From Candidatus Midichloria mitochondrii IricVA (lineage in GTDB: Bacteria; Pseudomonadota; Alphaproteobacteria; Rickettsiales; Midichloriaceae): a stretch of DNA of 32,000 nt. Shown here piece by piece: positions 7,488 through 15,338 of this stretch. The DNA lies in assembly GCF_000219355.1 (NCBI RefSeq), contig NC_015722.1:390001-422000 (forward strand), read 5' to 3'. The notes beneath the pieces are model-generated. The model made no database searches, was not told the DNA's origin, and saw nothing but the letters and a program-made list of their open reading frames with translations. The translations under genes and the position numbers were made by a program. The stretch's first letter is position 1. The number at the start of each line of letters is the position of its first letter.

Positions 7488-8813
7488 TTATTTTACAGGA
7501 AAATCAAAATGGTCTTCGGGGTATCTTGAAAACGGTTCATCTGCTAACTTAAAGTGCCACCATTCCCATTTATATCCCTCAAATCCATGGGCTTCCATAG
7601 CAATGCGTAAGGCTTCTCGGTTTTTCTTTACCTCTTCTGGTAAATCAGCAAAATCCGTATTAGCTTTTGGATCCAGAAAATCGAATTCGGTTCCCATATC
7701 AAGCTCTTCACCTGAAGCCAGATCAATTATTGTTAAATCTACAGTACTCCCTCTGCTATGGGTAGATTTAGCACTGATGTATCCATTTAGTAATTCATTT
7801 TTATTTATGTTTGGGTAAAACCTGGCTTTAATTTCTGGATCTTCATCAGTAGATAAAGCCCATTCTTTAAAACTTTCTACTGCAGTCACGGGCCTATATC
7901 CATCAAAGGCCTTGAGGCTAAATCCATGTTGCTTTAGTGCGGTTTGTACTTTTAACAATGCATCTGCTGCTTCTTTAGTCAAAATAATAGTAGCCTTCTC
8001 GTAGCCTGGCACTATTTTTCCTGTAAAATTATCTTTAGTTGCGTATTTTACATCTTGAATAATATCAGGTGCGACATCTGCTAAGTAGACAAATCCGGTC
8101 GGCAAATTGTTAGAAAAAATACGAAAATCTTTGGGCATAACATAATTAAAAAACATTACCACAAGCAGCGCTAGAACGCTTCCATAATATAAATGCTTCT
8201 TTTTTCTCATTTGAGTAAATTTAATGAAATAGAAAGAGATAAGTGTAACATATACTAAAAAAATGTAAACATTACATAGTAAAGCTGCAGAGATTATAAC
8301 AAACACTAACTCATCAGATTTATGAATTTTCAATATACTATTAGTGAGTATAATTACCGCTAGAAAGATATTTAACAAACAATTATATAGGGTACCTTCA
8401 TTTAGTATCTTGAGAGCTGCGGCTAGGAATGCAAAATTTATAGTCAAAGCTAGCCATATCCGTCGATATTTTCGATAGAGTAACAATTTAAGAATTAACA
8501 CAGCGGTAATACAGATCAGCAATATATATGATTCGGTAAACCCTAAAAAATGGTATAGTAAAGTTGAGCTGAAGCCGGTAGCTGCCTCTAGAAAAGTATA
8601 AGATGAATCTATTCTTTTTCCACAGTAATTACATTTGCCAAGAGTGCTTAGCCAGCTGAGCATAGGGAGATATTCGTAGAATTTTAGGCGTGTGCCGCAG
8701 TCTGAGCACATGGGAGGGTTATGTGTTTTTTGATCAAATCCGAATGGTGAAATCTTCCTTGGCAACCTATAGTAAGCTGTGGTCGCAAAATTACCAACAA
8801 GTGTGCCAAACAA
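7488..8813 (-). CDS. Membrane-anchored D-alanyl-D-alanine dipeptidase (VanX/DdpX, peptidase M15D) fused to a degenerate prepilin-peptidase (A24) N-terminal Cys-motif/TM module
   Basis: The N-terminus FGTLVGNFATTAYYRLPR...CSDCGTRLKFYEYLPMLSWLSTLGKCNYCGKRIDSSYTFLEAATGF aligns with the PilD N-terminal domain (GSFLNVV.HRLP...CP.CGH.I.pwENIPLvSyl.L.GKC..C...I..rYplvEl). About 5-7 TM helices follow, without the A24 catalytic Asp motifs (no D.D..LPD, no GxGDxKL). The C-terminal ~210 aa aligns with E. coli DdpX: DVKYATKDNFTGK, FDGYRP, STHSRGSTVDLT, LDMGTEFD, EWWHF. TTG start; the frame stays open 11 codons further upstream without a canonical start. Confidence 0.75.
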   Translation of the reverse strand: MFGTLVGNFATTAYYRLPRKISPFGFDQKTHNPPMCSDCGTRLKFYEYLPMLSWLSTLGKCNYCGKRIDSSYTFLEAATGFSSTLLYHFLGFTESYILLICITAVLILKLLLYRKYRRIWLALTINFAFLAAALKILNEGTLYNCLLNIFLAVIILTNSILKIHKSDELVFVIISAALLCNVYIFLVYVTLISFYFIKFTQMRKKKHLYYGSVLALLVVMFFNYVMPKDFRIFSNNLPTGFVYLADVAPDIIQDVKYATKDNFTGKIVPGYEKATIILTKEAADALLKVQTALKQHGFSLKAFDGYRPVTAVESFKEWALSTDEDPEIKARFYPNINKNELLNGYISAKSTHSRGSTVDLTIIDLASGEELDMGTEFDFLDPKANTDFADLPEEVKKNREALRIAMEAHGFEGYKWEWWHFKLADEPFSRYPEDHFDFPVK

Positions 8814-8928
8814 AAAAGCTATGGCATAAGATAATAATACGTTTAACAGCTTGCTTTACATTACTTATATTGTATCTTAAAAGGAGAATACGAGTAGAAC
8901 TAACTTTTAGTAAATAAAATTTTTAGTA

Positions 8929-10017
8929 ATGTTGTATTATTTTTTATCTCTGCTTATTTCTAAATATCACATATTTAATGTTATAAAATATATAACCTTC
9001 AGAGGGATGGCCGCAACTTTTACGGCGCTTATTGTAAGCTTTTTTATTGGACCAAGAATTATAAGGCTCTTGAAATCTATTCAGAGAGAGGGGCAACCAA
9101 TTAGAGCTAATGGTCCTGAGTCTCATATTGTTAATAAAAAAGGTACTCCTACTATGGGCGGCCTCATGATTATAATTAGTATATTATTTTCAACTTTTCT
9201 CTGGGCAGACTTATCAAATTTCTATATCTGGATTTGTTTGTTTGTAATGCTAAGTTTTGCTGCTCTTGGATTTTTAGACGACTACAAGAAACTCAAATAT
9301 AAAAATTCTAAAGGGGTATCTGTCAAACTTAAATTAGGTTGGCAATTTATTACGGCATCAATTGCCGCTATTATGATAAGCGAACTCGCTCAAAACGAAA
9401 CTGCTACAATAGTATTTTTTCCTTTCTATAAAAACTTAACTCTGGATTTGGGGATATCGTATTTTTTATTTGCAAGTGTAGTAATTATTGGGTCTTCAAA
9501 TTCAGTAAACTTAACCGATGGTCTGGATGGTCTTGCCACTCTTCCAGTAATAATTGTTGCGTGTTGCTTTGCTTTGATTTCTTACTTGGTGGGGAACTTT
9601 ATTTTTGCTAATTATTTACAAATACAGTATGTACAGGGTGTTGGTGAGGTTTCTATATTCTGTGCCGTTATAATTGGAGCAGGGCTTGGCTTCTTGTGGT
9701 ATAATGCCCCGCCGGCTAAGGTTTTTATGGGAGATGTGGGGAGTCTTTCTCTTGGAGGTGCAATAGGCACAATCAGTGTTATTACTAAGCATGAAATGGT
9801 ATTGTTTATTACTGGTGGACTTTTTGTTATGGAAGCTTTATCGGTAATAATACAAGTGGGGTTTTATAAATTAAGAGGTAAACGTGTGTTTAAAATGGCT
9901 CCCATTCATCATCATTTTGAAAAAATAGGCTGGAGTGAGCCCACCATAGTCATAAGATTTTGGATACTGGCGTTCATTTTTGCTTTAATTGGACTTTCAA
10001 CATTAAAATTAAGATAA
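8929..10017 (+). CDS. mraY: Phospho-N-acetylmuramoyl-pentapeptide transferase
   Basis: Collinear with E. coli MraY from the first residues. Motifs: GPESH..KKGTPTMGG, DDYKK, NSVNLTDGLDGLA, FMGDVGSLSLGG, APIHHHFE. Confidence 0.95.
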   Translation: MLYYFLSLLISKYHIFNVIKYITFRGMAATFTALIVSFFIGPRIIRLLKSIQREGQPIRANGPESHIVNKKGTPTMGGLMIIISILFSTFLWADLSNFYIWICLFVMLSFAALGFLDDYKKLKYKNSKGVSVKLKLGWQFITASIAAIMISELAQNETATIVFFPFYKNLTLDLGISYFLFASVVIIGSSNSVNLTDGLDGLATLPVIIVACCFALISYLVGNFIFANYLQIQYVQGVGEVSIFCAVIIGAGLGFLWYNAPPAKVFMGDVGSLSLGGAIGTISVITKHEMVLFITGGLFVMEALSVIIQVGFYKLRGKRVFKMAPIHHHFEKIGWSEPTIVIRFWILAFIFALIGLSTLKLR

Positions 10018-11403
10018 ATGATAAAATTTGATAATTATAGTGATAGACTGATAGGAATTTTAGGGCTCGCCAAAAGCGGCAAAGCTGCAATTAATTCTTT
10101 TATAGAAAGAGGCGCACAAATTGTAGCTTGGGATGATAACGAGAAAATTTTAGAGCAAGTTAGGGAGGAGTTTAGCAATCAAAGTAAGAGCCTGTTATTT
10201 GCTTCTCCTGCGGAGGAAAAAATTTGGCGCAGAGCCGATGCCTTCCTAGTAAGCCCTGGGATCCCAATGTATTATCCTACCTGGCATCCACTGTATAAGG
10301 TAGCTCACGGTCAAGGAATTCCTCTTTACTGCGATATAGAGTTTTTGTATCAAAAGACAAATAAAAATGTAGGTTTTATAGGTATAACTGGAACCAATGG
10401 CAAATCAACTACTACTGCGCTGATTAATCATGTGCTCCGGTCTGTAAAGATTAAAACCGAAATTGGAGGTAATATAGGTACTCCAGTCCTAGAGCTTGAA
10501 GAACTAAATTCGGGTTTTTATGTTTTAGAAGTATCTTCATTTCAATTAGATTTATTAGAAAAAACTAGATTTAATATCGCAGTGTGCCTTACTATTACGC
10601 CCGATCATTTAGATAAACATGGAACCTTTAAACGTTATGTTGAAGCAAAACAACAGATGTTTAATAACCAAGAGAAAGGAGACTTAGCAATAATTTCTAC
10701 AGATAGCTATATTAATAACCAAATAATGAGTGAAGTAATTGCTAGAAAAAGAGCTAAAGTTATACCAATATCAAGAACAGAGCAGATCGAAGGCGGAGTG
10801 AGTGTTATTTCTGGGGTTCTATATGACAATTACAAATCGAAAAAACGGTATAATGTACCTGATATAAACAGCTTAATAGGTGAACATAACGGAGAAAATA
10901 TGGCAGCGGCATTTACTGCATGCATTGGAGTAGGTGTAAAACCCGAAGAAGTAATCGCTGCTTTCAAAACCTATAAATCTTTACCGCATAGGATGGACTT
11001 ATTTCATCGTTTTAATGGAATCAACTTTATTAATGATAGTAAAGCTACTAACGCGGACTCAACTTACTGGGCATTAAAAAATTTTGATAATGTCTATTGG
11101 ATTGCAGGAGGGATATGTAAGGATAGCGGAATAAAATTATTAAAGCCGTTTTTTGAAAAAATTAATCATGCATATTTAATAGGAGATGCGGCTGAGGGTT
11201 TTGCAGCAATTTTGGCAGAAAGTAATGTACCGTATACTATTGCAACTACCTTAGTAAATGCAATTTCGATTATTAAAGCGCAAAATATAGAAAATGGTAA
11301 CGTTTTATTGTCGCCAGCCTGCGCTTCTCTAGATCAGTGGAAAAATTATGAAGAAAGAGGAAACGCCTTCATGAAATTAGTTAAAGAAAAGTGGCCTGGT
11401 TAA
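10018..11403 (+). CDS. murD: UDP-N-acetylmuramoylalanine--D-glutamate ligase
   Basis: Mur ligase P-loop GITGTNGKSTT, ..TPDHLD.., NDSKATN, and a MurD-type N-terminal Rossmann-like domain. The start abuts the mraY stop. Confidence 0.9.
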   Translation: MIKFDNYSDRLIGILGLAKSGKAAINSFIERGAQIVAWDDNEKILEQVREEFSNQSKSLLFASPAEEKIWRRADAFLVSPGIPMYYPTWHPLYKVAHGQGIPLYCDIEFLYQKTNKNVGFIGITGTNGKSTTTALINHVLRSVKIKTEIGGNIGTPVLELEELNSGFYVLEVSSFQLDLLEKTRFNIAVCLTITPDHLDKHGTFKRYVEAKQQMFNNQEKGDLAIISTDSYINNQIMSEVIARKRAKVIPISRTEQIEGGVSVISGVLYDNYKSKKRYNVPDINSLIGEHNGENMAAAFTACIGVGVKPEEVIAAFKTYKSLPHRMDLFHRFNGINFINDSKATNADSTYWALKNFDNVYWIAGGICKDSGIKLLKPFFEKINHAYLIGDAAEGFAAILAESNVPYTIATTLVNAISIIKAQNIENGNVLLSPACASLDQWKNYEERGNAFMKLVKEKWPG

Positions 11404-11405
11404 AT

Positions 11406-12932
11406 ATGTCAGAATATTTAGGTCCAATGCTTTTATGCATACTGGATGGGTGGGGGTATTCTCGCCAATATGAGCATAATGCAATTGCTCAAGCAAGGCT
11501 TCCGTTTTTTAGTGATGCATTAAAAACTAGGCCGGTATCGCTTTTAGACGCGAGCGGCACAGCTGTTGGACTGCCTACTGGGCAAATGGGTAATTCAGAA
11601 GTTGGGCATATGACTATAGGTTCTGGCAGGGTGATACTCCAGGATTTGGAAAGAATTAATGCAGCGATAGCTAAAGAAGAGTTGGCTTCAAATAAGGTGA
11701 TAGAAAACACTATAGATTATTTGAAGTTAAACAATAAAGCTTGTCATTTAATCGGTCTTGCTTCTGATGGCGGAGTACATTCACATATAAAGCATTTCTT
11801 AGAATGTGCTAAATTGATACGTAATCAAAATATCAAGGTGTTTATACACATTATCACGGATGGCAGAGATACCCCACCAAAGAGTGCAGTGAAGTATATC
11901 AATACTTTTGTAGAGCAAGGCTTTAATATTGCAAGCATTAGCGGTAGATTCTATGCGATGGACCGAGATAAAAGATTTGAGCGTACAGAGAAATACTATA
12001 AAGCATTGGTGGGTGCGGAAGCTAAAAAATTCTTTACTCCTTTTGATATTGTTAAGAACTATCAAAGTGATGAATTTATTGAGCCGCACGTAGCCACTGA
12101 TTATTATGGTATGAGCAAGAATGATTGCATTTTCATGATTAACTTTAGGGCAGATAGGGTGCGACAGATCATGCTTGCCTTGTTAGAGCCTGATTTTCGA
12201 GATTTTCAAACCAGGAACTTAAATCTCAAGGGCTTAGGAATGACATCCTATTCTAATAAAATTGATGAATTTATGGATGTAGTTTTCCCTAAGCAGTCGG
12301 TAAGAAATACCTTGGGCGAAGTCATTGCTAAAAATAATTTAAAACAATTAAGAATGGCAGAAACTGAGAAATATGCTCATGTTACACATTTTTTTAACGG
12401 GGGCAAAGAAGAGCCATATGATCAAGAAGATAGAATTATGATTCCATCTCCAAAAGTTTTAACTTATGACATCTGCCCAGAAATGGCCGCATACGAATTA
12501 ACCGAACAGTTAATTGAAAGAATTAAGCGAAAAGGATATGGCTTCATTTGTGTGAATTTTGCTAATGCCGATATGGTCGGGCATACTGCTAATATGTCAG
12601 CTACCATAAAGGCTTGTGAAGCAATAGACGTGTGTCTTGCAAGGATTTCAAAAGTAGTCGAAGAGCAAAATGGTGATATATTTATCACAGCTGATCATGG
12701 TAATGCGGAGCAGCTTTTTGATTCTGCTACTAACCAGCGTCATACCGCGCACACTATAAACAAAGTCCCACTAATCTACTTTGGTAATCAAAATATTCGT
12801 CTTGGGGGGGTGGGGCAATTGAGAGATATAGCGCCAACTATATTGAATATTATGAAGGTAGAGGTACCGAAAGAAATGACAGGGGTATCCTTAGTAAGGG
12901 GGGGAGTTAGTGGATATCGGGATAGATTTTAG
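11406..12932 (+). CDS. gpmI: 2,3-bisphosphoglycerate-independent phosphoglycerate mutase
   Basis: LLCILDGWG, GNSEVGHMTIGSGR (catalytic Ser region), DGGVHSH, TADHGNAE. I prefer ATG 11406 (MSEYLGP...) to the listed GTG 11391. Confidence 0.9.
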   Translation: MSEYLGPMLLCILDGWGYSRQYEHNAIAQARLPFFSDALKTRPVSLLDASGTAVGLPTGQMGNSEVGHMTIGSGRVILQDLERINAAIAKEELASNKVIENTIDYLKLNNKACHLIGLASDGGVHSHIKHFLECAKLIRNQNIKVFIHIITDGRDTPPKSAVKYINTFVEQGFNIASISGRFYAMDRDKRFERTEKYYKALVGAEAKKFFTPFDIVKNYQSDEFIEPHVATDYYGMSKNDCIFMINFRADRVRQIMLALLEPDFRDFQTRNLNLKGLGMTSYSNKIDEFMDVVFPKQSVRNTLGEVIAKNNLKQLRMAETEKYAHVTHFFNGGKEEPYDQEDRIMIPSPKVLTYDICPEMAAYELTEQLIERIKRKGYGFICVNFANADMVGHTANMSATIKACEAIDVCLARISKVVEEQNGDIFITADHGNAEQLFDSATNQRHTAHTINKVPLIYFGNQNIRLGGVGQLRDIAPTILNIMKVEVPKEMTGVSLVRGGVSGYRDRF

Positions 12933-13013
12933 ATCTGCTATGCTTAGAATAGCTAAATTAGTAATGATATATTTAAAAATACTGTTGCAAATAAGCAACT
13001 GTCGTTCTAATAT

Positions 13014-13041
13014 TTGATGGTGCGCAATAATATTTTATAAT
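13014..13041 (+). promoter_or_regulatory. Candidate sigma-70-type promoter of the ntrX-like gene (TTGATG-16 nt-TATAAT), possibly giving a leaderless or near-leaderless mRNA
   Basis: TTGATG at 13014-13019, a 16-nt spacer, and a perfect TATAAT at 13036-13041, only 5 nt before the ATG at 13047. No purine-rich SD in between. In AT-rich DNA such hexamers also arise by chance. Confidence 0.3.
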
Positions 13042-13046
13042 GCATT

Positions 13047-14381
13047 ATGGCTGATATATTGATAGTCGACGATAAGGCTGATATTAGAGAATTAATCTCC
13101 GAGGTTTTGCAGGAGGAGTTTAGGTACGCGGTCGCCTGCGCAAAGGATACACAAGGCGCTTTAGAGCAGCTATCTACTAACCCAAAAGTGGTTATATTGG
13201 ATATATGGCTTGAGGGTAGCCATATGGACGGTGTGGGTCTGTTGAAAATAATAAAACAGCGCCTGCCTAAAACGCAAATAATTATGATAAGTGGGCATGG
13301 AAATATAGATATCGCGGTCAAAACTATTAAGCTAGGCGCATATGATTTTATAGAGAAGCCATTCAAAACGGCTAAATTGTTGATTATGGTTGAAAGAGCC
13401 ATGGAAAAGTATTTATTGCTGAATGAAAATAATAGACTTAAAAGTCAGCAAGAAGGATTAGAAATTATAGGACAAAGTAAGCAAATTACGAAATTGAGGT
13501 CTTTAATAGATTCGATAGCTCTGAAATCGAACAGTAGGGTGGTAATCACTGGAGGGCATGGGGTTGGCAAAGCTACGGTCGCTCAAGTAATTCATAACAA
13601 ATCAAGCCGTTATGAGAAGCCTTTTTTATACTGGCATGTAACTAATAAATCACCGGATGTAATTACAAGAGAGCTATTTGGCGATGAAACTATGAGCTCA
13701 GTTTTCACAAAAGCTGATGGTGGCACCTTGTTTATAAATGACTTTTTGTGTATGTCATTAGAAACACAATCAGAGTTATTGCAAATACTAAAAAACTCTG
13801 CGGTAGGTAATCATAATTTTGATGTTAGAATCATTGCAGCGACAACTGGTAGTCCCGAACAAGCTTTGAGTGAAGGGTCGTTAGGCGAAGCTTTATATTA
13901 TAATTTAAATATAGCGCGGATTAATCTACCATTATTATCACAAAGAAAAGGGGATATAGAGCTACTCTCAAGAGAATTTATTAAACTGGTTGCAGAGGCC
14001 TATGGCAACAGGATACAGGAACTCGGCAAGGATGTATTAAAACTATTGAAATTTTATGATTGGCCAGGCAATGTTCGTCAACTTAAAAATGTAATCGAGT
14101 GGCTGATTATCGTTGCAAATAGTCAACAAAAGCAGGAAATAACTACTGATATGTTGCCGGCTGAAATTTTGTCTAATAACGATTGCAGTAGAAATATCGG
14201 CAGTAATAATGATTTATTTGACAAACCTATCAAAGAAGCAAGAGATATCTTCGAAAAAAGTTATATCGAAGTACAACTAGAAAGATTTAACGGTAACATC
14301 TCTAAAACTGCCGATTTCATAAAAATGGATAGAGCCGCTCTGCATAGAAAAATTAAGTGCTTGCAAGAAGGGTCTTGTTAA
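13047..14381 (+). CDS. ntrX: NtrX-like response regulator (receiver + degenerate AAA+ + Fis-type HTH)
   Basis: Receiver domain (ILIVDDKADIR..VILDIWL..FIEKPF). AAA+ domain with GGHGVGKA, WPGNVRQLKN and RIIAAT. The GAFTGA sigma-54 contact loop is absent (ELFGDETMSSVFTKADGGTLF) and Walker B reads LFINDF instead of LFLDEI. C-terminal HTH ISKTADFIKMDRAALHRKIK. Confidence 0.75.
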   Translation: MADILIVDDKADIRELISEVLQEEFRYAVACAKDTQGALEQLSTNPKVVILDIWLEGSHMDGVGLLKIIKQRLPKTQIIMISGHGNIDIAVKTIKLGAYDFIEKPFKTAKLLIMVERAMEKYLLLNENNRLKSQQEGLEIIGQSKQITKLRSLIDSIALKSNSRVVITGGHGVGKATVAQVIHNKSSRYEKPFLYWHVTNKSPDVITRELFGDETMSSVFTKADGGTLFINDFLCMSLETQSELLQILKNSAVGNHNFDVRIIAATTGSPEQALSEGSLGEALYYNLNIARINLPLLSQRKGDIELLSREFIKLVAEAYGNRIQELGKDVLKLLKFYDWPGNVRQLKNVIEWLIIVANSQQKQEITTDMLPAEILSNNDCSRNIGSNNDLFDKPIKEARDIFEKSYIEVQLERFNGNISKTADFIKMDRAALHRKIKCLQEGSC

Positions 14382-14740
14382 CCCCAAAGCTCTTCGAGCT
14401 TATATAAGGCACGGTATTCAGGTATAAATGCGTTAACCACTATATCCCCAGCGTCGAGTAATACCCAATTTGCTTCTTCTAAGCCAGAGGCGGTACTTAG
14501 AATATTTATATTCTTCAATCTTTCCATGAGGTTTTCGATTAAAGAAGCTACATGCCGATTTGAACGCCCAGAGGCTATAACTAAGTAGCGTGCAAAATCC
14601 ATCTTGTTGGTAAGGTCGCAGACCTTAATATCTTCAGCTTGATCCTGGTCTAAGCTGTTTAGTATCACATCCTTTATGTACTCTATATCTTTCATATCAA
14701 CTATTTTCTCATGTTCCCCAAAGTCTTGACACTGACACAC
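14378..14740 (-). CDS. rsfS: Ribosomal silencing factor RsfS (Iojap family)
   Basis: DIKVCDL...FARYLVIASGRSNRHVASL....WVLLDAGDIVVNAF..E.R..Y.LEELW is the RsfS signature. The true start may be the internal ATG at 14695 (MKDIEYIKD...), which removes the overlap with nadD. Confidence 0.85.
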   Translation of the reverse strand: MCQCQDFGEHEKIVDMKDIEYIKDVILNSLDQDQAEDIKVCDLTNKMDFARYLVIASGRSNRHVASLIENLMERLKNINILSTASGLEEANWVLLDAGDIVVNAFIPEYRALYKLEELWG

Positions 14741-15338
14741 CCCCCCTTAGTATTGTTGAAGATAAAGGAGATTTAGGTATTTTAAAAAGGTGCCAATGTC
14801 CACTGTCTAAATTATTTTTTCTAGAATCACCCAAATCAACGTCTACCGTGTTGTAACATTTACTCGCCTCACTTGCAATAACTCCTTCGGCATACTCTTC
14901 TCGATCAAATACGGCTACAAATACTGCGTCAAAAATATCTCTCCAACTGTGCCACTTATGGACTTGGAGCATATTATCAGCTCCCATTATCCATACGAAT
15001 TTTACCTTAGGGTAAACATGTTTTAAAATTTTAATAGTTTCAGAAGTATATGTCGTTGGAAATAATTTCTCTACATCGGAAACTATTATCTTTTTCTCGT
15101 GCTGAGATATTAACTTAGCATATGAAACTCTTTTTTCCAAAGAATCTTTCATATTAGATTTAAGAGGGTTCTGCGGTGAAACAAGCCATATTACGTAATC
15201 TAAATTTAACAACTCTATTGCTTGCAAAGAGATATGTAAATGTCCACTATGTGCAGGGTTAAAGGAACCGCCAAGAAGGCCAACACGGATATCACTATCT
15301 TGCATTGGCAAGAGCTTTTCCTGTATACTTTCCATCAA
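14709..15338 (-). CDS. nadD: Nicotinate-nucleotide adenylyltransferase
   Basis: GLLGGSFNPAHSGHL (HxGH nucleotidyltransferase motif), WIMGADN, and SSTILR near the C-terminus. Conserved nadD-rsfS order. Confidence 0.85.
   Translation of the reverse strand: MMESIQEKLLPMQDSDIRVGLLGGSFNPAHSGHLHISLQAIELLNLDYVIWLVSPQNPLKSNMKDSLEKRVSYAKLISQHEKKIIVSDVEKLFPTTYTSETIKILKHVYPKVKFVWIMGADNMLQVHKWHSWRDIFDAVFVAVFDREEYAEGVIASEASKCYNTVDVDLGDSRKNNLDSGHWHLFKIPKSPLSSTILRGGVSVSRLWGT

Noticed and set aside
8881-8886. Perfect AAGGAG Shine-Dalgarno-like hexamer upstream of mraY
   Set aside because: No ATG, GTG or TTG lies within a usable distance; the next in-frame codons run into TAG. MraY aligns from the ATG at 8929, 43 nt away, so the hexamer is probably fortuitous.
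12898-12904. G7 run 30 nt before the gpmI stop, considered as a frameshift site
   Set aside because: The conserved GpmI sequence is complete before the run (…EMTGVSLV). Either frame merely adds a short tail, so no functional inference is possible.
13007-13402. 131-aa ORF antisense to the ntrX receiver domain
   Set aside because: It lies fully inside a strongly supported CDS on the other strand. Its composition is Ile/Ser/Cys-rich with no motif, typical of shadow ORFs in AT-rich DNA.
14740-14746. C7 run at the nadD 3' end / rsfS 5' overlap, considered as another frameshift or a nadD-rsfS fusion
   Set aside because: Shifting frame here only reads into the GTG-initiated 5' extension of rsfS (CQCQDFGEHEK), which has no NadD-like sequence. 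Both genes are complete as they stand, and rsfS probably starts at the internal ATG 14695.
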